From the NCBI GenBank assembly GCA_012295275.1, contig CM022671.1, positions 13,206,001 through 13,270,000 of the forward strand: a DNA stretch of 64,000 nucleotides, read 5' to 3'. The translations under genes were made by a program, and so were the position numbers. Origin of the DNA: Chrysomallon squamiferum (lineage: Eukaryota; Animalia; Mollusca). The notes under the pieces are model-generated. The model was not told the DNA's origin, did not search any database, and was given only the letters and a program-made list of their open reading frames with translations. Every line of letters begins with the position of its first letter. Within the stretch, counting starts at the first letter, position 1. Shown here in pieces: positions 1 to 13,376 of this stretch.

Positions 1-3000
1 GATTATTACATTACTGAGAGAAAGTTTCTCATCACAAACTTACATCTGTACAAGTTATTTTCTTGATGGTGTTTTTTAATTTATTATTATTGTTTAAATT
101 TATTTATTTTTTATTTTCAGCATGTTTTATTGATACAAGAAAACTAGCTGATATATCAGAGACTGGTTATTTGATTCATAGGATGCTTTTAAAATAAATC
201 ACATAACTGAATTATCCACCATGTTACTTTGCATCCTGTAAATAGAATTAATTTAATAGGTTGGTTCTAGCAATTTTAAATGGTTTGACATAGATTCTTT
301 AATGAAATGATGTCATTAAATAAACGTTAATATGTCTTTATCTGTCTGTCCCATGATGCTAATAAATAGAGAGGCTAATTTAATTGCTGGGTGTGAAGAG
401 TGTTTAATAAATTGGATCACTGCCAGAAACTGTTTGAATAAGGTTAATGTCCATTATGTAGACTGCAGTGAAATGAAGATCTTGTGTTAAGTATGATCCA
501 GTTATAAAATTGATATTATTTATGCAGGTGTGGCTTGGTTGACATCTTATTTGGATAATATTCTAGTTGACACATTTATATACTTTGTTTTGATTTTAAT
601 TCATTTTTCTTAAATATTTTTTGAATTAATAATGTTATATTTTAAACTGGAAAACAGAGAACTGGATTATTATACTTTCTGCCTTTTTAAATCCTCTTAT
701 TTCATAGAGAACATACAGAAATAAAATTTCTTGATGTATTTAAATCTTACTAGTACTTTATTTCATTTAGGGACAGATTAAAGAAAGAGGAAAGTAGAAT
801 TCTAAAAAAAGGTTAATTCAAGGAGAAAAATCTTTGCTTCACAATGAAAGATACTTCTGTTCTGAACAAATGGACTTTGGTGATAATCAGTGCTGAATTT
901 GGATGAATGAATGCAGCATTTCTTCTTATCTAACTATTAAAGTAACAGATACATCTTCATCTAGATTATCATTTATCTGGATAATATGCTTGTCTTTCAT
1001 CTTGATGAATGTTTAAAGACAGGAGCACAATGTCTTACTTCATAATTTTCACCTTGCTTAAAAGCATTCTTTTCATTTAAAAATTCTGGATAAATGTAAC
1101 TGTTTAGTTTGATTAAACTTCACATGTATTAGTAAATAAGAAATACATTTTCTCCTGGAAATGCTCTAACATCTTTACCATAACTGATGATTTCAAATTT
1201 TCAAGACCTTCTCAGAATTCTTATACATTCTACTCTAAGTGCCAGAACTGATAATATTTACTATTCTGATGATGGTTTTGCATGTAATTTGTCAAGAAGA
1301 GATTGTGATGAGTTGATTATTAAGCTATATTCCAGGTACCATACACAGTTGAGGAATGCCACCCAACAGGTATTCTTTACAACCAATCCACTTTCTGAAA
1401 ATTGCACAGGTATTTCATGGTATTTGTGGAATTTAGAAATATGTTGTTAATCAGTGAAAGACATAAATTCAAGTACAGAAATAAATATATGACTTACTAC
1501 TGCTGATTCTGGAGTTGTTGAACTATTACTACAATCACCATTACTACTACTACTACTAACAATACTAAATCATAAATCAACATGAATATTGTAACATTAT
1601 AAATAGAACTGTAATAGATCTAGTGGCATTGTTTCAAGATGTCATTTATTATAAAGATATACACATACATATGTACGTACCAACCTACCTACATATATAT
1701 ATAATGATTAAGTATATTAATTTCATACATGGCATGTTACACTGGTATTAGTCATAAAACTTTTATGTACTAAAGCTCTTCCCCTGTTTACTGTATGCCA
1801 GTTTGGTATCTTTTAACATTAGCACATGAAAGATACCAACTTATTTGCTTATAGTTTAGCACTTGTTTCTTAATGTGTGGTAATACTTTAACATTTTATT
1901 GATGTTTGTCTGAAAATAAACTTTACAATATGTGTTGGTAAATAAGTAATTATTTTTCTCTATTTATGTAATTGTTTCATTATAGAGTTAGTTTACCAAC
2001 ATATTATCTGTCTGTCTGATTGTTTCTCTGTCTGTCTGTACACCTGTTTATCTGTCTGTATCTATAATCTTGTCTTTCAGTCAGTTGCCAGTCTGCATGT
2101 TCATCTGTTAATTATTTATATCTGTCTGTCAATTTGTATTGCAATCTCTTCATTTTAAAATTTATTTTTGAAATTTTAATAATGTTATTAATTAGCTGGT
2201 TGCATAAAACTACAGAAAAAATCAAATGTGACTTGAAGCTGCTTTATAAATCAAAAAGGTTCAATTACTTGGCCAAACTATCCTATTGTAGAAGCAATTA
2301 ACGTAATTTACAATCCTTGCTGTCTAAGCATATTTGTCTAGTCCAGGCAGACTATCATACTATATATTTTCTTCTGTTCCTCATTATGTAAAATCATAGC
2401 TGGAATCACCATTATCTCTCACAAACTCTCCACCAAGACTCCATATATAAAATTATCCCTTCCTGCACAGTTATCATTACTTTACCAATACTGGCATGAC
2501 TGTGGTCAGACTTCTGTTACCTTCTGAAAGATTTCCAATGTAAATTAACTTGGATACAGTATTTTATCAAGTAATGACACAAGTCTGAAACCCATCCTTT
2601 ATTTTGGTCTGCAATTCATTTAGTGTTTTTTTTTTTTTTTTTCATTCAGTAACATATCCTTTATTATAGTGAGAAGCTCTTCCCATCCTCTGAAAATGAC
2701 TGACTGATTAAAGTAGTCATTAAAAAATCTTTTCAAGATGATTTTACTTGCATTTACATATTTTAATGAAGCACTGCAGGGTTATAAATGCAACTATTGG
2801 TAATTGTTTTAGCCTGAGTTATCAGCCATTTACATGATAAAGAGTGGCTCTTTGCCGTGAAAACAAAGGCACATTTTTACCAATGATCTTTTATTTGTAT
2901 AGTATTTTCTACTGGCCAAAACCAGTGTGTATCACAGTTGAAAAGTGAAAGAGATATTTGAGATCATGAGATCAATTCTTGTCATTCCAGCTAAGACATG

Positions 3001-6000
3001 AAAAGAGAGTTCTGTTGTTTAGTTGACAAAGTATTTTTTTTAATCATTAGAATGATGAGTTACTGTGAACATTCATGTAATTAAAATATTCAGTTTCTTG
3101 TTACACTTGAAATGAAACCTATAAAATAAACAATAAAAAACAAAACTTCTGAAAGTTCTCACCTTCTAGATTAAAACTAAAACAAACTCATATGTATATA
3201 TCTCATAAATATTTCAGAGTGAACACATCTTTACTTAATTTAGTAAAATGAGCATAGATGATCTAGGATCAGAGGGTCTCAATTCTAACAGAAATGTGTG
3301 CCTATGTTCATTAAACTGAGTTAGACAGGACATCTAAATGAATTTAGAGTGCTCCTCATTGATAAGACTAACTTTATGACAGTTTTGACAAGCACTTCAT
3401 AATACAGCACATATGAAGAAGCATACAGACACAAGTGAATTTGATGCAACATGCTGCCTTAAACAGAAAAAAGAAAGCAAAAAAGAACAAGAAATATCAC
3501 TAAGAAATGTTATGGGAATAAAATGTTTTTAATTGTTTAAATGATTGTAATCAGTTCTCCAGATGTGATTCATGATTACCTGTTGTTGTTAGTGGTAAGT
3601 TTTCATTTTAAATCCTTGTCTTAACTGATACTGAACTAGTATCGATTTGTGTTTATCTGTACCAATGATATTGGGTTTTGTATAGTTTGTTGTTCATTTT
3701 ATGATAAAATCTACTGGTAAGTATTACATCATGATACAATTTACTTCACTCAGCATTCTCTTATAAACATCACTTAATCATTCAGTCATTTAAGGTGTGC
3801 TTAGATTTACTGAACATTCAAGCATATCTGTGGTGGCAAATACTAAAATCTAGGTTGTTTGTCCAAAATAATAAACATATTCATGTGTTAAGAGATTAGT
3901 TTATTAGAAGAAATAATATTATCGGTTAGTTCTTTATGAAAGTTACAGCAGTTTCTAACAATATCCAGGGCAACAACTTAACAAAAACAAGGTGACTGTA
4001 AAACAAAGCAAAATTATTAAGAAGTGAATTGATTTTTTAATAATTAAAAATAACACAATAGCTAAACAGAAAAGAAACCTATTAAGATCTAAATAAATTC
4101 ATTAATGCAAACTTATTACAGTAACTCATCAGTTTATATATAATGTGTATGTAATATCTAGCCTGTTAGTTCATTTCAGGAACATTATTGATTATTTTAT
4201 TATCTTCATCATCATCAACATGTCAAGTTTACTCAAACACAGCTGTCTGCCTTATTGCTTGTTACAGATTTGTTGACATTCACAGCTTGCAATAGATGTA
4301 ACATTGGTTGAAATGTGTTTCCCATATTTGATTGATAGATCATATAAGATGGCAAAATGTATTACATGAATTGTACAATAATTAGATTATTATTTATACG
4401 TTATTGTGTATGTGATCATAATAAACTTATTGTTTGTATGTATCTGCAGTATTACATAAAGATGTTTGCACTGGTTCAAGTGGACAAGACATACACATAC
4501 ATCATACACCATTTATACCAAACATACACAAATAAACATAAACATACATAAACACACAAAAGTACAAATCAAGTTCTAAGATAATTATAAACAAAAACAT
4601 TAAAACATTTGTTTTCTAAATTTCTTTAATTTATCCATGTATATGTTTGTCTGATTGTATATATAAACATACACATACACATCAAATTATTTCTATGACT
4701 TTTTTACCTAATTTCTTTTCTGTTTTTTCTTATACATCCATACCTGTTGGAAATTTTTTTACACTAAATAATACATTTACTTTGCAGAAAAGAAAAGACC
4801 AAAAAAACCTGTCTTAACTCAGTTGTCACAGAACAAGAGAAACAATTTCTGTGAACAATTTCATGTATCAGCAGCCTTGTGAATAAATATTTTATGTTTA
4901 TTATGATCTCAGTATCCCATGCTGCACAAGCTATGTGATTGGATATTGATTCTGCATCATATACTAATTTAAGTAAATTTCTACCATTGTGAAAATAATT
5001 ATGCCAAAAACTATTGAAATAATAATAATAATAATTAAATGCTGTATAAAAATATTACCCATAACATTTGCCTTTGCAATTTTGCCATTAATATATTTCC
5101 AACTCTCAGTTACAAAAAAAAATATAGCTAAAATATTTAACACAGCTTAAGGAAAAACATATTACTGATAACTAAAATTCTATGGTAGTCTGCGCAGCAT
5201 GGCAGAGAATGGACTGGCAAAATTAGATCCTTTTTTGTACACATTGGTTAACCAGAAATAAAAACACAAATGTGTCTTTTGTTGTGATCTTTGAAATAGT
5301 TCTAAAAACAGATTGTTATACTTGAACATTGTTTCTCTCCCTGGTTTCCCCATATATGTCCAGCATAAAATTTTATCCCCATCCACTGAGAAAGTCATGT
5401 ATACCCGTCTATCTCTTCATGTATGTAAATCTAGCCTTTTTATATTCTGAATAATGATATCTGCACCTTGCATGTCCACCTTAAGGTATTGCCCATCCCA
5501 TTGAGCCAAGCATGTCTTCCCTTTTGAATCAGTCATAAAAAGATTTTTTAAAATAATCATTTGGGTGACTTTTATCTCTGCCTCATGAACTCTCAGCATG
5601 AGACTGAGCCAGAAGACTTGTTCACTTTGATCTTCCAGGCATTTCAAAATTGATGTCCAGTGTTTTACACTAATATTTATTCAAAACTTCTTCTTTTTAG
5701 TGGTTCTTTTGAAAAAAAAAGTTTTTATCACCTTTTGTCTCTGATATGAACACTGGAAAATAACAGTATCTATTAGGATCTGTGATACAGTGGGTTTTGG
5801 CTTGTATTATTCATCAGTATGTTGCTATTGCTGTTTTTGCTGAAGTCAGCTGTGATGTACGATTTCAAACTTGTTAGCCAAATGAAACTGATACTGTAAT
5901 GGAATGTTTGACTTGTTAGATTTTATGTCAGTATTATAAATAGCTTGAACACTTTGTAACTTCTTGATGATTATACTTCTGAAAATAACTAATTTCAAAT

Positions 6001-6844
6001 GATCCTTGAATACTTCTGCAGTAAATCATGAATCATTTTAATATATATATTTTTGTTTTATTATTATTGTTATTTGTTTTTAAAGTTTTAAATGATAATT
6101 AATTTTGTTCACAGTAAAGGATTTTAATCACTTTGAATTTTTTCTGTTCCTAATTATTTTCTCTCATTCCCTCCTCCTCAAAAACACATACACACTCAAG
6201 TCATTGTTCAATGTTCAGATAACATAAATTGAAAGAAGTAGAAAGACATGAAAAATAATTTTAAACAGAAGAAAAAAATATAAAAACAAATATCATGTGG
6301 CTAAACTATCTTTTATTTAGCTTTAATATCTTCATTATGTACAGTTTCTTACATTGAATAATTGTTGAATTGTGCATCTCATTACATGAGAACTACAGTT
6401 TGAACTTGTGGGTACAATACAGAAAATAAGTGCAAGTTTTACATTGCCTGAAAAAGTTTGTCATTACTGTCAATAAGGTATAAAACAAAATGATTGATTT
6501 GAAACATTTCCTTAGTGAATTTATCTTTTTTAGATATATATATATATATCTATTGAATCTATTGAGAAGTTTACATGTGAAAGCAGTAAAATATATAAAT
6601 TATGATTTGATTAATATCAGGCTTCCATATGTATAGAGCTCTCAAAAGAATCTGGACTGATAGTGTTTCAAGGGGAAAGCATATTAGTGCCTGGTGTCTA
6701 TTTTCACATTGCAATCTGAGAACATAACTGTTTTGATTTGCATCATAAAGATATTAGTAGCACTATAGCCATTACTGAAAATTTAGTAAAAACTTAATTA
6801 CCATTAAACTAGCATTCAAACCAATGACCTACAATCATTTCAGT

Positions 6845-6870
6845 ATATATATATATATATATATATATAT
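6845..6870. repeat. (TA)n microsatellite
   Basis: Direct reading. Confidence 0.9.
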
Positions 6871-7851
6871 CATTTATCTCAAGAGCAAGAAATATAATGA
6901 GTTCAAAGTGAACCTTGTTAAAAGCTACATGTTTGTAATGGCATTCTGCTCTACAGCATCAGGCTTCCCATCAAATTATGAGTGTCACAAGAAGAACTGA
7001 GCCATGTCAGATTCTGAGAAATTTGAGTGGAAAGCTAACAGTTACTTTTGCCAGTATTCAAAAACATCCTGCAATACTGTCATTGTCTAGTTTTACAGTT
7101 AAATAATCTTCAAGTGGAAATTGGCAAGTTATGATGAACTAGTTATTTCCATGAATAGGTATCTCCTGCATTTTTAACTTCAGCTTTCACTTACAAACTA
7201 CAAGCATTTTGCTGACATTGATTTATTATTATATTACTTTTTGTAATAAATAAAATTTATTTCATGCTGATTATAATAGTTAGAAATGTTTATAGTATAT
7301 TAGAATACTGGAGTATATAGCTGTTTTCTCTTTTACATCATTATTACACAATGTATTTTACAACTAATGACAATTTAATCTTGTACATATATATAAAACA
7401 TAAATACACATCATTATATCCATCCACACATATATGGATACATAAACAGATAAACACAACTTTCCATCTATTTGTAAAGAAAGATAATTTCAGAATTCAA
7501 CAAACTGTCTCCCTAAATCATTTTACCAAAACAAAATCAGTAAATCAGCCTTCATAAACACTACTAACATCCAAAAAAAAAAAAAAAAAAAAAAAGGAGA
7601 TAAAAAGTTATAACACCTCTGACCTTTCTTGACTAACTTTTCAAACATTTTGCTACTGATGTGTTTCAGTTTTTCATTCATGTTAATCTTTTGATATTTA
7701 TCATTTAAAAGGCTGCAGTCATTGTCCTTTCAGTTGTCAGTGATTCATGGACTTCACAGTTGAAGATCTTCACTACACTAGTATAACAACATTTGTCAAA
7801 AGTTTAACCTCCAAGCAGGATATTATTATTTGTTTTTTGTTTACCCTAGAA

Positions 7852-9705
7852 CAATGCTGGGCATTTTATGCCTTCCCCTCCCCCCCCCGGGCCACATACC
7901 ACCCTTTGGTTGACTCTGACTGGCCCATGTAAGGTTAATTGGGAATTACAAAATAAACATATTTTCTAATTTCACCTTATGCATGAACTAATGTTGCATT
8001 GCTTTTATTTTGAAGGTGCTTTTTTATTCACAAACCAAAACATGTGCGTGATTGAATCATTGTCAGAAGCAGGTCGCAATATGAGTTTAACCCTCAGAAA
8101 GTCTGCTCATGCTAAAAAAAGAAAGGTAAATGCTGAATGCAGGGTTTTCAACAAAAAATGGACTGCTAAGTATTTATTTACTGAAGTCAGAGGTAAAGCT
8201 GTGTGTTTAGTTTGCAGAGAGCTGATCACAGTGTTTAAGGATTACAATATGAGTCAGCATTATGAGACAAAACACGTGGGAAAAATACAAAAATTTGATT
8301 GATGCTGAAGGGCACGGATATCTGAAGCTTTGCTAGCTAAGCTACAAAAGCTTCAAGTCTTTTTTACCAAGCTTCACACATCCAGGGATGCAGCAACCAA
8401 GACTAGCTTTGTGATATCCCACAAAATTGCTAAAAACAGTAAGCCATTCTCAGAGGGGAGTTTGTCAAAGAGTGCTTATGGACTCTGCAGAACTAACAGA
8501 AAAAAAAAGTAGCATTTGAGCAAGTCCCGCTTTCCAGCTGAACTGTGACGAGGTTGTCCAAATTGTATCGGGAAACATGGTGGACTTTTGAAATGTATGC
8601 AAGATAAAGTGACTGAAATCGACACAAATCAGAAATTGGTGTTTTTGCATTGTATTATACATCAGCATGTGTTGTGCTAAAAATTAACCATGTTATTGAT
8701 GTTGTAACTAAAATAGTAAACTTCATCAGGACACAAACATTGAATCACAGGCAGTTTTTTCCAATTTTGGAGGAGCATGAGACTGAGCATAGTGACATTG
8801 GCTACCAGATTTTGCATTTGCTGTTGTGACTGCATTGATGAATGAACTGAACACCAAACTGCAAGGCAAGGGCCTTTTTGTTCTTAAAATGCGCAGCCTG
8901 GTGAAGGCTTTCATGAGAAAGATGCAGTTTCTATCAAGCCAACTGAGGAGACATGCTCAGAAGATGTTGGTTCTCTTTGGCTCTACCTACGTATGTGAAC
9001 AAACATTCTCATTGATGAAGTTTCCAAATCCAGGTATATATCCTCTCTCACTGATGATCGTCCGTCAGCTTTACTTCACATCTCCACCTCAGACATTCAA
9101 CCTGACTTTGATGCACTTGTTAAAGCCCAACAGAGACTAGATTTCTCTCACTGAACAAGAAAAAAGAAATGAAAAATACCAAATGAGGTGATTAGACTAC
9201 AAAGGTAGGCATGTAAAGGCATCAACTAGCAGTGAACTGGAACACTTTGTTTGCAGGCCTTTTTCTCAAAATCACAATACAGTGACAACTGTTAATATAA
9301 TATGTGGAGTACAAAGACTATTGTGATGTCTTTAGAAAGCTAAGAAACTCTTTCCAACTGTATATAAAGCTTAAAATGTATTTTGGGGTGAATGTAACTG
9401 AAAATGATCACTAATATAATGAGTCACAAATGTTAAAAATGTTCACATTTTGTTTATCATTGTTTTGAGAAATTTGATTGAATAAATAACCTTTTTTTGT
9501 AAGGCAACCTCACTTTTTCATTGTTTTATCATAACATACACTCTTACCAGTCTTGTCAGCTTGTCAAAACAATGCTACTTACTGGTTTTTATAAAGAAAT
9601 ATAACTAATATTATGCAGAATTGAGTTAAGCTGTTTGGCCCAGTCCTTCGCAATATTTATGTTTCTCATGTGGCCCCACGGGAAAAAATAATAGCCTATC
9701 CCTTC
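7852..9705 (+). mobile_element. Decayed, internally deleted hAT DNA transposon (Charlie/SPIN group, GTF2IRD2-like transposase)
   Basis: Frameshifted fragments: KKRKVNAECRVF..W..KYLF...CLVC...HYETKH (BED-type Zn finger), KNSKPFSEG, FLHCIIHQ (CxxH), LNTKLQGK, LFGSTYVCEQTFSLMK (hAT C-terminal domain). Subterminal gggccacat / atgtggccc inverted motifs. Degenerate 8-bp TSD ccctagaa (7844-7851) / ccttggaa (9706-9713). Confidence 0.9.
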
Positions 9706-10768
9706 CCTTGGAATTATGGAATGTGTGCAGTAGCTGTTCATGTATATATGGAATAGTTTCATGTACCATAGTCATTTCCAGTGGCAGTTTGCACATCAGT
9801 AGTTCCTGTGAACACTTTAAAGCTTGATTAGCTTTTTTTCACTATCCATGTGCTACAACAGCCATGTGTGCATTAAAGGCCAAATGTGAACTTGTAAGTT
9901 TCTTTCACCTCCAGTAATAAGATAATGGTTACCATCAGTTTCTGGCACTGGCTTGGCTAAAATGCTCACTGTGATGTTGTTTACTGGGTGAATGAGATCC
10001 AGGTCAAAATTACACCATTTATATGCATCTTGTCACCCTTAACCTTTAAGAAACAAATCTGCCATAAAGGCAACTGAATGCTATTTAAACCTGGTTTTCT
10101 TTGTATGTATTATGGGTGAATTTTGGAATGGTGCCTTGCTGTCCATTAGATGTGCTAGACAGTTACAGATCAGTTGAAGATCGTTCACTTTACTAATGAC
10201 TCATGTCCTGTGCATTGTCTGCTGATAAAACAGAATACAAATGCACTTGACAGCATTCTACTATGATTGATATTAGTTATTTAGGTAGCTGCACCATATA
10301 GGTCTCAGAGAGAGCACTTTCAAAAATCTGTATGTTTGGTTTCGTGATTTAATGTATATCTCAGAGATACTATTTTACTTATAAACACACACATATAATT
10401 TACGTATGTTATTATACAAATTAGAATTGATACAAAAAATTGGGTGTGCTTGAGTGTGTGTGGCTGCACATGTGTATGGTATTTTTACGCAAACACTGTA
10501 TTTTACAAATTATAATGACATTGTAAAGTAATAGAAAGAGATGTATTCTACTGTAACTGTTTCTACTATATTATATGAATTTCAACAACAGTGATTTAAA
10601 GGTTATTAGATGTCATAACAAACAAAACTCTTGTTATTTCAACTGCTTTCTTGTACAGAGTTCTTGAATTTTTTTTATCTATTTATTTATCTTTGTATGA
10701 GTTTTATATGTTCAAGAATGTTAATTTTGAAATTTATGTTAATAAAATACAAATATTGTATTTTTCAG

Positions 10769-10867
10769 GAGGTTAATCTGCACAGATCAAGCAGTGATGC
10801 CAAACTGGGACTAACTTTATGTTATGGATCACTGGAAGATGAAGTCACAGATATATTTATTAGTGAG
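10769..10867 (+). CDS. PDZRN3: PDZRN3/4 (LNX3/4, Slip1-like) internal exon, start of PDZ domain; earlier exons not found in window
   Basis: tttttcag acceptor, GTATGA donor, 99 nt, phase 0. Encodes EVNLHRSSSDAKLGLTLCYGSLEDEVTDIFISE with the KLGL carboxylate-binding loop, matching the PDZ start of vertebrate PDZRN3 as I recall it. The symbol denotes the family; an invertebrate gene would be co-orthologous to PDZRN3/PDZRN4/PDZD4. Confidence 0.93.
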
Positions 10868-12116
10868 GTATGAAAAATAATATATTCCCCCAAAATCATT
10901 ATGACAGTAAAAAAAATAAATAATAATATGATAAAAATAAAAATTGAATATGCTGGTCATAGCATGATGCAATAACTAATTTTAATGACAGACACTTTAA
11001 TATTTATTAAGTAAACCTCATACAAGCATGTACATAACTTTTTAAAAATCCTGGACATTCTATTTTCTTTCAATTCTTTCTTTGGATCATCTTTATATGC
11101 AGACTTTACAAAGTACAAAGCTTATGAGGGAGTACCATTTTGATATCCGAGAGATATTAATGCCCCTGAGTTTGGGTCTGAAACTCAGAATTGCAAATGA
11201 GAGAAATTAGTTTGTAGTAACACATCCATTACACTTAAGTGAAGAAATATCTTTAATGTAACACTAAATTAGACACCTGCTGATAAACATAGAGCCATCT
11301 TCTTTGAAGTGCTAAAAATAGAATAAGCTATAAATTTGACAGTAGTCCTCTCTTGAAGACAAATTTGTATGTCTTATTTTTCATCAATCTAAGATGGATT
11401 TTTATTTAACATGAATATATTTTCATTATTAATATTTTTTTACTTCTAAAAGTGAATCAGATTCATTAAAAAGACGTAATTTACTTTTCCAAGTTTCTTC
11501 TTTTAAGTATTTCATTCAGTATATTAAATTGTTAAAAACTGATATTAGATTATTTGGGTCTTGCATTTTCTCTGTTAAACCTCATGTTAGCATTGCTGTT
11601 TCATATATCACAACATCCAAATATCTATCCATCCATGAACAATCTACTCATTCAGTCTATCAGATCCTTCCAGCTATCTGTCAAAGATATATCCATTATC
11701 AACCTGTCTGTTCATTCATTCATCCAATATCAATCCATCCTGTATACATCCTTTTCTTATCAGTTATGATCATCTGTCAGCTTGTATAATCTATATATCG
11801 CTTATTTTGTCTCTGTTTCTCTGCCTTCCATTCACCTCACAAGAGATATTTGCACTTAACTCTTATCCATTAAGGTAAAGTTCTATCATTGTACCAATTT
11901 GCTATTACTTATCATGCACTGAATTAAATACATCTAACTAAACTCAAATGAGCTTTTGTATGTAATAAAGACTAATGTTAAATCAGTGTACACTAATAAA
12001 GTGGTACTTCAGCATGGTAATCTTGACTTCATTGGCCATTCAGTTATTTATTTCCAAATATGTATTTCACTATGAGACTAGAAAGAACCAAACCAGCTGA
12101 CTTGGTTAGTGCAGTA

Positions 12117-13376
12117 GGCTTACTCCCATCTGGCAGAATTCCCATTTCTTTGAAAGGCTAAATGTGGTTCAGTGGTCTTACTGACATGCATACCTTTACC
12201 TCAGTCATTATAATGAACTGTTCCAGATTATTTGGAAAGCAATTATTATTGTATAAATGCAGTAATATCTGGCTTAACAATATCCTGCTTTAACGATCTT
12301 TTTTCTTTACAAATTATATAAATAGAAATTTAATAGTTAATTGCTTGAAATAAATGATACAAATGGATACAATGCAATTTTTCAAGTCCATTTTCGTCCG
12401 TTTTTTGTTCATTCACGAGCTTCTCTCAGCTGTGTTGATCAGTTCACACGTCATACATGCATCTGATATTCTGATTTTCTTCTGTCTTCTGCTTCGATTT
12501 AGACTTAAACTCATTTGTAATTTACCCTTCCAATATCTCAAAACGAATAACAGTATACCAGCAAATGCTGATGATAAAAATAAACGGAAGACAATAACTT
12601 TAAAAACAAAATACATTATCTTAAATGACACCAAAACCCACAAAAATGAACCCACAATGAGTGGCATATAAATATTTTGTAATGTATTTGTATAAACTGA
12701 TTTGTAAATGATTTACTATTTACTTAATATCTATAATCTATTAAATCACTTATGTCTAAACTGCCGTTTTATTTCTTCTTAATTCACCTTTTTATTTTTA
12801 TTTTTTTGTCAAATTTCATCAGCGAGAAAGTAACCACTGCTTATAACCTTAATTCTATGTAAATTAGTCTCCTGCTTACCTCACTTAACTATCAGAAATT
12901 TGGAACCAATTACATCTTTAATCTGAGGTATTATTGTAGTAAGGATATCGCTTATCGCATAAAGTTTGCAAATATGACAGATATCAAAATAATCTATGTA
13001 TCAAATGTAAATAATTAAAAAAGAAGGTATTCACCTAAAAGTATTCCCAATGATTTGGTCCTTTGTATAAACCTTTTCAGTCATAGCCAAAGTATTTGCA
13101 GGTCATAATATCTTTAATGTACCATACTATTAATATACTATGTCACATATATTGTATAATATGTGCTCAGTGTGAGCATGTATGTGTGCATAACGTAAAT
13201 ATGCTGAGTAACATATATCTTGAACATGTTTAAGCTGAATATGGTTTAATTCGAACAGTTAATGATAAATGTAATTTTCACATATTCTGTTTACTGAATA
13301 TAAAATACTCGTATGTAAAATAACTTACTTTAAAATTATATTGCTGAATAAAATTAGTTATTTATAATATTTTTGT
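12117..13376 (+). mobile_element. Non-autonomous DNA element family A (GG termini), 3'-truncated copy
   Basis: Starts GGCTTACTCCCATCTGGCAGAATTCCCA. Collinear with 39107-40330 and with the reverse complement of 43690-44937. Strand is defined relative to the GGCTTAC end. Confidence 0.9.

Noticed and set aside
1-10768. Upstream exons of the gene (RING, TRAF-type Zn finger, first PDZ)
   Set aside because: I could not find a convincing exon by eye. They probably lie outside the window, though a small exon could have been missed.
12354-12671. ORFs within family A (also 39393..39596) as a possible transposase
   Set aside because: Short, frame not maintained across copies, and no DDE or DNA-binding motif.
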